This document shows positions 10,250-20,228 of a DNA stretch of 64,000 nt, one piece after another (position 1 is the stretch's first letter; every line of letters begins with the position of its first letter). The notes beneath the pieces were generated by a model. That model was not told where the DNA came from. It ran no database searches and saw only the letters and a list, made by a program, of their open reading frames with translations. This DNA is from Treponemataceae bacterium (lineage in GTDB: Bacteria; Spirochaetota; Spirochaetia; Treponematales; Rectinemataceae). Location of the stretch: the NCBI GenBank assembly GCA_963678065.2, contig CAXXVZ010000003.1, forward strand, positions 1,952,001-2,016,000, given 5' to 3'. The translations under genes were made by a program, and so were the position numbers.

Positions 10250-10858
10250 TCAGAGCGTCCGTCGCCAGTAGAAGATGGCCAGCTGGGTCCGATCGCGGAA
10301 CCCAAGCTTCTCGAGCACGGCGGAGAGTACATTGCGGGCCGTGCCTTCGCTGATGAAGAGACGGTCCGCGATTTCCTTGTTGGAACAGCCCTGGGCCACG
10401 AGTTCCATCACCTCGGTCTCCCGCAGGGTGAGGCCTTCCACGGGAACCTTTTCGGGCTCCGCGAGGCGCCGAAACACATCGGCGTCCATCACCGTGCTGC
10501 CCGACGCCAGGGCGCGCAGCTTCTCCGCCATGCCGGCGACAGGCGCGGATTTCAGCAGGTAACCCTCAGCGCCGGCCTGCAGTGCCAGGCGGACACTGCG
10601 GTCGTCCTGGAAGGTCGTGAGCATCATCACATGAATCCCCGGCCAGCGCTCCTTGATCCGCCGGGTGGCCTCGATGCCGTCCATGCCCGGCATGCGGATG
10701 TCCATGAGAACGGTGTCGACGTGGTTCCTCTCGCAGGCGGCAACCGCACGGGCTCCGTCGCAGGCCATGCCTACGACCTCCATGTCCGCCTCCGCGGAGA
10801 GGAGGACCTTGAGGCTCTTGGCCACCAGTGCGTCGTCGTCCACGATGAGGATTTTCAC
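10250..10858 (-). CDS. NarL/LuxR family response regulator
   Basis: [36 protein letters not shown]. Confidence 0.93.
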   Translation of the reverse strand: MKILIVDDDALVAKSLKVLLSAEADMEVVGMACDGARAVAACERNHVDTVLMDIRMPGMDGIEATRRIKERWPGIHVMMLTTFQDDRSVRLALQAGAEGYLLKSAPVAGMAEKLRALASGSTVMDADVFRRLAEPEKVPVEGLTLRETEVMELVAQGCSNKEIADRLFISEGTARNVLSAVLEKLGFRDRTQLAIFYWRRTL

Positions 10859-12009
10859 GGGAGGAACTCCGATGGGACCTGTCCGGGAGGCGGGGCGAGG
10901 GACGGCAGGCCTTCGAGGGGCAGTACGCAGACCAGACGAAATCCGTCTGAATCGTCGACGCTGACGCTGCCACCGACGGCCCGTGCGCGCTGCCGCAGAT
11001 TCCGCAGTCCCAGGCCGCTTCCGCCTCCGGCGGCGTGGCTCCTGTCGCGGTCTCCATTGCGGACAGAGAGGCGCACGATGCGCGGCCCCACATCGAGGGA
11101 CACATCGATCCGCCCCGCCCCGACATGGCGCGCCCCATTGGCCAATGCCTCCTTCAGGCAGGGTTCCAGAACGCTCCAGACATGGATCGGTATCCTGTCC
11201 GTGTTCCCATGCACCTCAAAGCCGACGCGACAGACCGTGAAACGTCTGCATATCTCTTCGAAGCTCCCCAGTCCAAAGTCACGGGCAGGAGCGAGGCCAT
11301 GCACTGTAGTCCGGAGGCGCTCCAGACCGTCACCGACACGGCGCTGCGCCTCTCCCAGCATCTCCTTTGCCTGGGTATCCCCCGCGTCCCGCAGCTTCTC
11401 GTAGGCCTGAAGGGCCAAGTAGGCGGCGGTCAGCTCGTGGCCGACGTGGTCGTGGAGATCGCGAGCGATGCGCGCCCGCTCCGCAACTTCCGCCATGCGT
11501 GCGGAATGGATGTTGGCCGACAGAAGCTCCCCTTTCAGGCTTTCCAGGTCGTAGCGTTCCCGTCGGTCACGATCCGCATCGCGGCGGGCCTCATCCAGTC
11601 CAAGCGACCAGAGCCGGAGGGCCCACCCGGAGAGCAACGCGCAGAAGAAGACCGCGACAAGGGGGAAAGGCCAGGCGCCTTGGGCCGCGATGATCGCCAA
11701 CGCAGGGAGGGCGAGCCACGGGGCGCCTGCGGCCGATGCATCCAGGATGGGGATGGCCAGCCCGTAGACGCCATCGGGCCAGAGAAGCATGACGGCCCCG
11801 CAGACCGCTTGGTCGAACACTACCGTCCAGGTAGGCATACGCGGGAAACGCCACCGGGCGACGGCGGCGATGCCGAGGACTAGGACGAAGACAAGGCCTT
11901 CCGCGCCATACCGCCCCTGAAGCCACAGGACAACCAGGACAGACAGGTCCAAGAGACGCCATGCCAGCGCCATCGCGGGAGGCGAAAAGTTCCCAAAATT
12001 CTTCCTCAT
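10855..12009 (-). CDS. Membrane sensor histidine kinase (HisKA_3)
   Basis: [26 protein letters not shown]; hydrophobic N-terminus. Confidence 0.9.
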   Translation of the reverse strand: MRKNFGNFSPPAMALAWRLLDLSVLVVLWLQGRYGAEGLVFVLVLGIAAVARWRFPRMPTWTVVFDQAVCGAVMLLWPDGVYGLAIPILDASAAGAPWLALPALAIIAAQGAWPFPLVAVFFCALLSGWALRLWSLGLDEARRDADRDRRERYDLESLKGELLSANIHSARMAEVAERARIARDLHDHVGHELTAAYLALQAYEKLRDAGDTQAKEMLGEAQRRVGDGLERLRTTVHGLAPARDFGLGSFEEICRRFTVCRVGFEVHGNTDRIPIHVWSVLEPCLKEALANGARHVGAGRIDVSLDVGPRIVRLSVRNGDRDRSHAAGGGSGLGLRNLRQRARAVGGSVSVDDSDGFRLVCVLPLEGLPSLAPPPGQVPSEFLP

Positions 12010-12692
12010 GCCATCCGGCGCCTGCTCCCGACGAGGAGAAAGGCGATGGCAAAGAGTAGCATGACCGCGATGGAGAGGGCAAACCGGGCTGGCGGCCCAT
12101 TCTGTTGGAGGAGCCTCATGGCTTCGACCAGCCAGTAGCAGGGCGTGACCATGGCGGCGCGGCGCAGGGAGGGCGGCATGATCTCCAGGGGCCAGAAAAA
12201 CCCGCCAACCATAGCCAGGACCATGAGGACGGCGGTGAGGGCTTGATAGGAGGTTTCGCGGTTCCGGAACAGAGCGCCGCCGGCAAGCGAGATGGCGAGA
12301 GACGTCATCGAGAACGCCGAATAGGCGACAAACAGCAGGAAAGGCGATGGGATCCGCTCACCGTGCACGAGAACTCCAAGGAAGATCATGACGGCGTTCT
12401 GGACGACGAGGACGACGGCGTAGGCGAGGAGGGTCTGCCAGAGGTATTGGAAGTGCGTGATCGGGGCCGCGCCTATCCTCTCGAGCACGCCGCTCGCGCC
12501 GTCCTCCACGACCGAGCGGAGCATCAGGAAGGCGGCGAAGAGGAGGATGGCACCGTACATGTGGAACCCGATGGGCACAACCCAGCCCTCCGCGGAAGGC
12601 AGGAAGGCCGCGCCAATCGGCAGCACGCAGACCAGCAGCAGGTTGAGCGGGCTGCGGAAGACGCGCTTCAGGGCAAAGCGGAAGATCGTCAC
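12006..12692 (-). CDS. ABC-2 exporter permease
   Basis: About 6 TM segments; GGFFWPLEIMP; GTG start overlaps the upstream stop. Confidence 0.85.
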   Translation of the reverse strand: MTIFRFALKRVFRSPLNLLLVCVLPIGAAFLPSAEGWVVPIGFHMYGAILLFAAFLMLRSVVEDGASGVLERIGAAPITHFQYLWQTLLAYAVVLVVQNAVMIFLGVLVHGERIPSPFLLFVAYSAFSMTSLAISLAGGALFRNRETSYQALTAVLMVLAMVGGFFWPLEIMPPSLRRAAMVTPCYWLVEAMRLLQQNGPPARFALSIAVMLLFAIAFLLVGSRRRMA

Positions 12693-13444
12693 GCGAGCTT
12701 CCTCCTTCCCAGCAGGGCCGCGATAAGAGCGAAGAGGGCCGCGCCGAGGAATAGGGCGGCGATACACAAGGCCGCCGTGGCTGGAGAGCCTCCCGCGGCG
12801 GATTGCCGTATCGCAGTCTGGGCCAGCGAGTAGGGGCCGCCATAGGTGACCAAGAAATGGAAGAACGGCTTCTCCGCGGGGAGGGGAAATATCAAACCGC
12901 CGAGTATGCAGCTGCCGTACGCGTAAAGCCAGCCGAAGCTATTGGCCGCCGACTGATTGTGGAAGGCCAGCAGCATGGTTAAGTACACGAGCTGGGAAAG
13001 GAGGGCGACGCCGAGGAGGACGGCAGCCAGGACCAGGAGGTTCCCCCAGTGCACACCGAGCGCGATACGGGAGACGGCGACTACGAGGAGGCCCTGAAAG
13101 AGGCTGACGAAGGTTGCGGCCGACACTACGCCGAGGACGATGTCGCCTGGAGCGCAAGGAAGGCTATGCAGACGCCATTTCATGGGGGAAAGGAGGGCGT
13201 TCTTGACGTAGGTGAGGCTGTAGCCGCCCCCGAACAGCTGAAACATGACGAGGATGCCGAATGCAAAGAACGACATGGGATTGGAGACGCCGCGCATATA
13301 CGGGATATCGGCGGGAATCCAGGAGAAGACCGCCCCGAGGATTGGTATGAGGAGGAGGGGCATGCCGAGGAGCATGATCAGACTGGGAAGGTCGCGGATC
13401 ATGCGCAGGAACATATAGCGAGTTACCGTGAAGACGCGACTCAC
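12689..13444 (-). CDS. ABC-2 exporter permease
   Basis: About 6 TM segments; LGGLIFP; coupled to the ATPase gene. Confidence 0.85.
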   Translation of the reverse strand: MSRVFTVTRYMFLRMIRDLPSLIMLLGMPLLLIPILGAVFSWIPADIPYMRGVSNPMSFFAFGILVMFQLFGGGYSLTYVKNALLSPMKWRLHSLPCAPGDIVLGVVSAATFVSLFQGLLVVAVSRIALGVHWGNLLVLAAVLLGVALLSQLVYLTMLLAFHNQSAANSFGWLYAYGSCILGGLIFPLPAEKPFFHFLVTYGGPYSLAQTAIRQSAAGGSPATAALCIAALFLGAALFALIAALLGRRKLA

Positions 13445-14385
13445 GACTCGCCTCCATCCCGGAGGCTCTTTCCTGTCAGAGTGAGGAACACGTCCTCCAG
13501 CGAGGGCTTGTCCACCCGCACGGAATGCACACCTCCCGAGCCCTGCGCCGCCTGAAGGATCCGGTCCAGGTTGTTCGCACCGGCCTCGGAGACAACCATC
13601 AGGGCCTTTCCTTCCCTTCCGACCTGCTTCACGCCGGGAATGACCCGAATCTTCCCGAGGAACTCTTCCGTGGGATTTCCCACCTCCAGGCAGACGCGCT
13701 CCTCATACTGGATGCGCTCAACCAACTCATCCACGGTTCCTTGGGCGATCACATGACCCTGGTCCATGATCACCACCCGTGTGGCGATGGCCGCCACCTC
13801 CTCCATGTAGTGAGAGGTGTAGAGGATAGTCGTGCCTTTGTCACGCAGCGCGCGCGTCGATTCCAGGATATGATTGCGCGATTGCGGGTCGATGCCCACG
13901 GTGGGCTCGTCCATGACGAGGAATTCGGGACCGTGGGTCAGGGCGCAGGCGATGTTCAGGCGGCGCTTCATTCCACCTGAGTACTTCTTCGGCCTCTGGT
14001 CCGCGTGTTCCGTGAGACCGACGAATTCCAGGGTTTCCGCGATGCGGCGCCGCAGGTCCGCCCCTTTGAGGCCGTAGAGGCCGCCGAAGAACTCCAGGTT
14101 CTCCCGGGCGGTAAGATCCTCGAACACCGTTATTTCCTGGGTCACGAGGCCTATCCGGCGCTTCAGGTCCATGTCCCCCGGACGCTGCGCCCTGCCGAAC
14201 AGCTCGACAGCGCCTGAGTCGACGGGAAGAAGGCCTGCCAGAGCCCGGATGGCCGTGGTCTTCCCGGCCCCATTGGGGCCCAGGAGGCCCAGGATCTCCC
14301 CCTGCCCGATCTCGAAATCCACGTGGTCCAGCGCCAGGAGGGAGCCGTAGCGCTTCACTACGTCGTTTAACATGGCAATGCTCAT
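13441..14385 (-). CDS. ABC exporter ATP-binding protein (DrrA/LnrL-like)
   Basis: GPNGAGKTT, YSGGMKRR, DEPTVGIDPQSR. Confidence 0.93.
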   Translation of the reverse strand: MSIAMLNDVVKRYGSLLALDHVDFEIGQGEILGLLGPNGAGKTTAIRALAGLLPVDSGAVELFGRAQRPGDMDLKRRIGLVTQEITVFEDLTARENLEFFGGLYGLKGADLRRRIAETLEFVGLTEHADQRPKKYSGGMKRRLNIACALTHGPEFLVMDEPTVGIDPQSRNHILESTRALRDKGTTILYTSHYMEEVAAIATRVVIMDQGHVIAQGTVDELVERIQYEERVCLEVGNPTEEFLGKIRVIPGVKQVGREGKALMVVSEAGANNLDRILQAAQGSGGVHSVRVDKPSLEDVFLTLTGKSLRDGGES

Positions 14386-14391
14386 GGCGGT

Positions 14392-14435
14392 AATCTACAA
14401 CAGTCCGGAGGCCGCGAGGTAGTGACGAATGTCAC
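14392..14435 (-). promoter_or_regulatory. Putative response-regulator box GTGAC-N4-GTCAC plus -10 (TAGATT) of a probably leaderless promoter
   Basis: Palindrome at 14422-14435; TAGATT lies 6 nt before the ATG; no Shine-Dalgarno. Confidence 0.55.
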
Positions 14436-14593
14436 GAAATGAAGGAAGGCCGCGAGGGTGGCAGCTTAAGCCCTCTGCGGAGCGCAGGACCTCCTCAGCA
14501 TGACGGAAGGGATACCCTGCGCGATCTGGCCCGAGAACACTCCAAACGCTGTCATAGCCGTGATCGATTTACCAGCCCGAATTGATGAGACTA

Positions 14594-15367
14594 TTACAGG
14601 GTTTTAGCAACGGGACATACCCTCAACTTATCATCATATATGCCGAACGGCGCAAGCTGTTCTTCCGTTATCTGAGAGTCGGTAAAAATATAGGAGAACG
14701 CATCCAAAGCTGCTACCTGAATAAAATCCTGAATGCCAAATTTAGTCGAATCCATCATCAGATAAGAGACATCTGCGATTTCAATCATTTTTCGCTTGAC
14801 GATAACCGCAAGTTCATTGGGTTCACTGGCTCCCAATATGGGGTGTATGCCTCGACAGGAAATAAAGGATTTATTAACGTGGTAGTTGCTCAATTCAAGG
14901 GAGGTGGTATACCCCACAAAGCATAATGAACTTCGAAGCAACGTACCGCCGATTGAAATGACATCAATTTTATCTTTACCCGCCAACTCATTTTGTATGA
15001 GCAGGGAATTGGTCAAAATAGTAAGCGGCATGTTGGGAAGGGCTTGCGATACGCACAAAGAAGTTGAACTCGCATCGAGAATGATTTGATCGTTCAGTTC
15101 TATCTCTTCGATGATCTTCTTGGCAATTGCAGTTTTCAGCTCTTTATTCGTTAGTTCACGCTGCAGATGAGATGTCTCTTCATGAAGCGCCGACTTTATG
15201 GCTCCACCATGCTTGCGCGTAAGCAGGTTCATTTTTTCCAGCTTTTTCAAATCGCTGCGTATCGTTTCACTTGTCACATTGCATAGCGCAACCAGTTCGT
15301 TGACGGTAACTGAATGTTGTCGGTTTAAATAATTGATTATCAAGGACAAACGCTCTTCTTGCAGCAT
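14594..15367 (-). CDS. DeoR/GlpR family transcriptional regulator
   Basis: VTSETIRSDLKKLE..RKHGGA; LDASST; LTNSL. AGAGGA RBS before MLQEER. Confidence 0.92.
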   Translation of the reverse strand: MLQEERLSLIINYLNRQHSVTVNELVALCNVTSETIRSDLKKLEKMNLLTRKHGGAIKSALHEETSHLQRELTNKELKTAIAKKIIEEIELNDQIILDASSTSLCVSQALPNMPLTILTNSLLIQNELAGKDKIDVISIGGTLLRSSLCFVGYTTSLELSNYHVNKSFISCRGIHPILGASEPNELAVIVKRKMIEIADVSYLMMDSTKFGIQDFIQVAALDAFSYIFTDSQITEEQLAPFGIYDDKLRVCPVAKTL

Positions 15368-15662
15368 GGTATTCCTCTTTTTGTCGTAGCGAAGCACCGG
15401 AACGACATTGCTTTAGATAGTGTCCGTTGATGTTCGCAGTCTGGACCGAAGGCAATCAGCTCCACCCCGCGCTGCAGATCGTAAACACGCCGCGAACTAT
15501 ACATAGTAAAATGACTCAAGTACCAGGGCAAGACATGATTGCCCTGCGATTCCCTCGATTCGCGACCCAGCCGAACTCGACTTGCGGTAAATGAGAAGGG
15601 TGCCCGATACAAACTCAGTATAAGGGCATGTTCTCGCAAAGTCTAGAATAATTTGGTAATTG

Positions 15663-15679
15663 TTTGTTTTCAAAACAAA
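15663..15679. promoter_or_regulatory. Palindrome TTTGTTTT-C-AAAACAAA in the divergent promoter region (candidate DeoR operator)
   Basis: Perfect 8-bp arms in the AT-rich spacer between deoR and the FGGY kinase. Confidence 0.4.
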
Positions 15680-15787
15680 GTCGGCAATAACACTTTGATT
15701 TATTTTGTTTTTTGTTGTCAGATTTTGGAATTGATGATACAATCCCAAATATAAACAGAAACGAGCAGGAAACTTGGAGACGCAACC

Positions 15788-17317
15788 ATGTATACCTTGG
15801 GAATTGATATTGGCACAACAAATATCAAAAGCGTTCTCTTCAAAGAAAAGGCTTTAGCTGTCGCACAAGCGGTTTGCGAATACAATACGGATATTCCTCG
15901 CGCTTCCTGGGCTCAACAGCGGGCAGACGATTGGTGGGATGGTGTTGTTGGTACTATACGGAAGGTTTTGGCCGAGAGTCGTATCGATGCCTCGGAAATC
16001 GCCGCGATTGCCATCAGCTGTCAGGCGCCGACTATGTTGCCGATTGATGAATCCGGAGCCCCCCTGCACGATGCATTGATCTGGATGGACAGACGCAGCA
16101 GTGCTCAGTGCGACATGCTCTCGGACAAGGTAGGCGCTGGGCGCATTTTTGAAATAACGGGAAACCGCGTAGATCCATTCTATGTTCTCGGTAAGCTGAT
16201 ATGGTTCCGGGAAAATCACCCGTCCCTGTACGGGAAGATTTATAAAATACTCTCTCCTAACAGCTATATCAATTTGAAGTTGACAGGCGAATTTACACTG
16301 GATCCCGTACATGCATCTTTGACTCAGGCTTATGACGTGCGCTCGAATCGCTGGTCCGACGAACTGCTAAATGCCGCGGGCGTTGAATCGTCCCTGTTTC
16401 CTGTTGTGACGGAAGGGCATGTGCCCATTGGGCAAGTAAGCGCTGCCGCTGCCGCCCTTACGGGCTTGAAAGCGGGCACTATTGTCCTTACGGGTACAGT
16501 CGACGGCGCAGCCGCGGCGCTCGAAGCGGGAGTCGTCGGGAATGGAGCAGCCGTCGAAATGACTGGTACTTCTTCCGTATTGTTGATGAGCTCGACGAGG
16601 CCAATGCCTTCCTTAAATCTGACGTATATGTACAGCGCGGTGCCCGGCCAGCATCTAGCTCTGGGCGCTATGAGCTCGACGGGCGCGGCTCTCAAGTGGT
16701 TTCGGGATACGTTATACGAAGAGAAGAGTGTTGATGCCTACGCGTGCATGGATAAAGAAATCGGGCAGAATGCCGGGAGTCCCACCGGCATCGTTTTTCT
16801 TCCCTATATGGCGGGAGAGAGGGCTCCCATATGGGACAGCGACGCTCGCGGAACGTTCGTAGGCATGACACTGCGCACGAACCGTGGTCAGATAATGCGT
16901 TCGATCATGGAAGGTTCGGCATTCGCGCTCCGACATAATGTTGAAGAAGCCATGCATGCGGGCAATAGCCTGGATCGGATCCGCACTGTGGGCGGTCAGG
17001 CGAATAGCGACGTGTGGCTGAAAATCAAGTCATCAGTTCTCAACCAGGAAATCGAAGTGGTCGATGCCTCGCTTGGAGCGCCCGGAGGCTTGGCCTATAT
17101 GCTCGGCTCATACACAGGCGAGTTCAACTCCATCGAGGAAGCCGCACGGCAGTGCCTGCGCATCAAACAAACCATCCAACCTGTCAGGGAATGGGTTGAA
17201 CACTACAGCGAACTGTTTGGGCTCTACAAGAGTATTTACAGCCACCTTAAAAATGACTTCGCGGCGCTGGCAAGGATCGCCCAGCCAGCGTGTCGAAGCA
17301 TATCAACCGAGGGATAG
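15788..17317 (+). CDS. FGGY family carbohydrate kinase (xylulokinase-like)
   Basis: LGIDIGTT; IWMDRR; FLPYMAGERAPIWD. Confidence 0.92.
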   Translation: MYTLGIDIGTTNIKSVLFKEKALAVAQAVCEYNTDIPRASWAQQRADDWWDGVVGTIRKVLAESRIDASEIAAIAISCQAPTMLPIDESGAPLHDALIWMDRRSSAQCDMLSDKVGAGRIFEITGNRVDPFYVLGKLIWFRENHPSLYGKIYKILSPNSYINLKLTGEFTLDPVHASLTQAYDVRSNRWSDELLNAAGVESSLFPVVTEGHVPIGQVSAAAAALTGLKAGTIVLTGTVDGAAAALEAGVVGNGAAVEMTGTSSVLLMSSTRPMPSLNLTYMYSAVPGQHLALGAMSSTGAALKWFRDTLYEEKSVDAYACMDKEIGQNAGSPTGIVFLPYMAGERAPIWDSDARGTFVGMTLRTNRGQIMRSIMEGSAFALRHNVEEAMHAGNSLDRIRTVGGQANSDVWLKIKSSVLNQEIEVVDASLGAPGGLAYMLGSYTGEFNSIEEAARQCLRIKQTIQPVREWVEHYSELFGLYKSIYSHLKNDFAALARIAQPACRSISTEG

Positions 17318-17325
17318 TACATAAC

Positions 17326-18069
17326 ATGGTAAACCATCGAGTAGCGCTCGTGACCGGCGGAAGCAAGGGAATCGGCAGGGGAATCTGCATGGCTCTTGCG
17401 CATGCCGGTATCTCCGTGGCGCTGAATTATAACGTGAGCGGCTCTTCTGCCGAAGAGGTGAAAAATTCGATTGAGGCTTTAGGCGGTAAGGCGTACATAG
17501 TCAAGGCCGATGTATGCGATGAAAATGCGGTCATAGATATGGTCAAGAAAACCGTTTTGCGTTTTGGAGGCCTGGATATATTGGTCAATTCCGCGGGAAT
17601 AATGCCCGCCGGTCCTATTGAAACCATGTCTGTTGAATCGTGGAGGAAGGTGCTCGATACCAACCTCACGAGTTGTTTTCTGACTATCCGCGAAGCGATC
17701 CCGTATCTCAAGAAAAGCGCATGTGCGCGAATAATCAATATTGCATCGCAGGCGGCTTATACAGGGTCGAGCCAGCACGCTCATTATTCGGCATCCAAGG
17801 CGGGCATTCTGGGGTTGACCTACTCGCTGGCCAAAGAGCTGGGACCGTTTGGGATAACTATAAATGCAGTTTCTCCCGGGCGGGTGGACACCGAGATTCT
17901 GGCCTACAGCTCAAACAAAAAAAGGCAGGAATGGCTGGCCAATACTCCGCTGAACAGGCTCGGAACAGTCGACGAAATTGCGAATGTGGTGGCATTCCTT
18001 GCATCGGAAGGCGCCAGCTACATCACCGGTGCAAACCTGAACGTGAATGGCGGAATGCTGATGGGGTAG
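17326..18069 (+). CDS. SDR family oxidoreductase
   Basis: TGGSKGIG, VNSAG, YSASK. Confidence 0.92.
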   Translation: MVNHRVALVTGGSKGIGRGICMALAHAGISVALNYNVSGSSAEEVKNSIEALGGKAYIVKADVCDENAVIDMVKKTVLRFGGLDILVNSAGIMPAGPIETMSVESWRKVLDTNLTSCFLTIREAIPYLKKSACARIINIASQAAYTGSSQHAHYSASKAGILGLTYSLAKELGPFGITINAVSPGRVDTEILAYSSNKKRQEWLANTPLNRLGTVDEIANVVAFLASEGASYITGANLNVNGGMLMG

Positions 18070-18071
18070 CA

Positions 18072-19121
18072 ATGAAAAGCATAAAGACCAGTAGCCTGTC
18101 TTGTTTAGCGATAGGTGATTTTTTACTGCCGTCGAAGGCGTTTGATAATGCGCTCAAAGGCGACGGATTGTTCACGCAGTACCGTTCCATTGATTGGCGA
18201 CAAGGGCTCGATGGTTCGCGGGCACAATTTCGGGATGTGGTACGTCGAATAGAAACCCATGGGTCCAGGGCCTACGACATCCAGAGCGATATCCTGGAAG
18301 GAATCGAAGAGGTAGAAGTGCTATTCATTCACCTGTGTCCGGTACCAGGTGAACTGCTCGATCGGGCCGGGAAGCTCAAGTACATTTTGACTGCGCGGGG
18401 CGGATTGGAAAACATCGACGTCGCTACAGCGAAGAAGAAGAATATCACCATCATCAATTGCCTTGAGCACAATGCGTTGGCGGTTGCTGAATATACTGTC
18501 GGCTTGATTATCAGCGAGATGAGGAATATTGCGCGTTCGTACCTTGCGCTCAAAAGAGGAACCTGGCAGGAGTATTATGATAATACGGCGGCTATACCGG
18601 AGTTGAGCGATTCGGCCGTCGGGCTGATCGGGTTCGGAACCATCGGTAAACTGGTGGCTAAGCGTATTCTGTCTTTTGAATCGAAGGTTCTGGTATGTGA
18701 TCCGTACGTCGACTCCGTATCTATCGAGGCAATGGGCTGCATCCCGGTCAACAAGGAAGAACTACTCAAGAATTGTGATGTTGTCAGTCTGCATGGGCGT
18801 TTACCCAAGGATGCACCGCCGCTCATAGGACCCGAAGAATTATCCTTGATGAAGCCCAATGCTTTGCTCATCAATACCGCAAGGGCCGCTTTGATCGACA
18901 TGAATGCGCTGTATGAGGCACTCAAGCGCAAACAGATCATGGGCGCAGCGTTGGATGTATTTCCTGTCGAGCCGCTGCCGGAAGACTACCGGTTTCTCAA
19001 ACTCGACAATGTCACACTCACCAACCATCGCGGAGGTGACACTTTGAATTCGTACGTAAAAGCGCCTGGTTTGTTGTTAAAAAAACTGCATGGCGAATTC
19101 TCTATGGTTACAGGACGGTAA
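18072..19121 (+). CDS. D-isomer-specific 2-hydroxyacid dehydrogenase family protein
   Basis: GLIGFGTIG, LINTARA, ALDVFPVEP, LTNH. True start MKSIK lies 2 nt after the SDR stop. Confidence 0.9.
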   Translation: MKSIKTSSLSCLAIGDFLLPSKAFDNALKGDGLFTQYRSIDWRQGLDGSRAQFRDVVRRIETHGSRAYDIQSDILEGIEEVEVLFIHLCPVPGELLDRAGKLKYILTARGGLENIDVATAKKKNITIINCLEHNALAVAEYTVGLIISEMRNIARSYLALKRGTWQEYYDNTAAIPELSDSAVGLIGFGTIGKLVAKRILSFESKVLVCDPYVDSVSIEAMGCIPVNKEELLKNCDVVSLHGRLPKDAPPLIGPEELSLMKPNALLINTARAALIDMNALYEALKRKQIMGAALDVFPVEPLPEDYRFLKLDNVTLTNHRGGDTLNSYVKAPGLLLKKLHGEFSMVTGR

Positions 19122-19189
19122 ACCGTCTGGTAATAAATATCTCCGGTTGCTTGAAAAGGCCGGAAAATCTGAAGGGAGGGTAAAGAGAA

Positions 19190-20146
19190 ATGAAAAGAGC
19201 ATCAAAAATGATGGTCATCATGCTTGTGATGATATCCGCAGGCGGCCTCTTGTTCGCACAGGGGACCAATCAGAAATCGGCAACAGCAGGCAAAGGTGCA
19301 AAAGAAATCGCTTTCTTGCCTCCTGCCATGATCAGTCCGTATTATGCATCCTGTATAAAAGGAGCTGAACCGATCGCCCGGGCGTTGGGGTATAAGCTCG
19401 TCGTGGCATCTCCTGAAAAGGAAAGTGATTATGACGCACAGGTGCGTCTTGTCGAAGACATGATCACCCGTGGCGTATCCGGGGTAATTCTCTGTGCAAT
19501 TAACTCCGACGCCATCGTAACGGCCGTCAAGAAGTGCAATGCTGCCAAGATCCCCGTAGTCATGTTCAATACCCAAGACAAGCTCGCAGGGGGCAAAGTC
19601 GACAGCTATGTCCGCTACGACCAATATGTCGGCGGCGCGAAGATGGCCGATTACGTTGCGGAAAAGTTCAATGGAAAAGCGAATGTCGCGATCATCGAAG
19701 GTCTGCCGAGCGTACATACCACCTCTCGCATGGGTGGTTTCATTGACGAAGCCAAGAAAAAATTCCCCGGCATCAAAGTCGTAGCAACACAACCCGGTGA
19801 CTGGGAACGTGAAAAAGGCATGAACGCTGCGGCAAACATGCTTCAGGCGCACCCCGAAATCAATGTTTTCTTCTCTCTTTGCGACGAAATGGGTCTTGGT
19901 GCCGCAAAGGCGATCGAGCAGGCGGGCAGCAAGGCGAAGGTTGCATCCTTTGATGGCAACCCTAATGCAATTGAAGCGGTGAAGGCAGGAAAGATCCTTG
20001 GTACCTTGTCCATCAACGGTTTGGAGACCGGAAAGTTGTGCGTTCAGGCCATCGACAAGATCATAAAGGGCGAGAAGGTCGACGAGATCATTCAGGTCGA
20101 AACGGTTGTCGTGACCCCTGCGAATGCTGATCAATTCCTGAAATGA
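19190..20146 (+). CDS. Monosaccharide ABC substrate-binding protein (RbsB-like)
   Basis: Signal peptide; periplasmic binding protein type 1 motifs (QPGDWERE, DEMGLGA, FDGNP). Confidence 0.9.
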   Translation: MKRASKMMVIMLVMISAGGLLFAQGTNQKSATAGKGAKEIAFLPPAMISPYYASCIKGAEPIARALGYKLVVASPEKESDYDAQVRLVEDMITRGVSGVILCAINSDAIVTAVKKCNAAKIPVVMFNTQDKLAGGKVDSYVRYDQYVGGAKMADYVAEKFNGKANVAIIEGLPSVHTTSRMGGFIDEAKKKFPGIKVVATQPGDWEREKGMNAAANMLQAHPEINVFFSLCDEMGLGAAKAIEQAGSKAKVASFDGNPNAIEAVKAGKILGTLSINGLETGKLCVQAIDKIIKGEKVDEIIQVETVVVTPANADQFLK

Positions 20147-20167
20147 ATCCGTAATATCAAAGTATGA

Positions 20168-20201
20168 TGAAGGTGTGCGGCATAATAGTCGCACACCTTC
20201 A
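20168..20201 (+). other. Intergenic stem-loop between the SBP and ATPase genes
   Basis: Perfect 12-bp stem tgaaggtgtgcg/cgcacaccttca. Confidence 0.75.
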
Positions 20202-20228
20202 AAATTAAAATAGAGAAGAGAGAACCCC

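Noticed and set aside
15368..15787. ncRNA or riboswitch in long intergenic regions (also 14440-14590, 31107-31406, 61319-61587)
   Set aside because: No recognisable conserved motif by eye; an Rfam/Infernal scan would be needed.
17640..18071. N-terminal extension of the 493-aa dehydrogenase ORF
   Set aside because: Off-frame overlap with the SDR gene; the true start is 18072.
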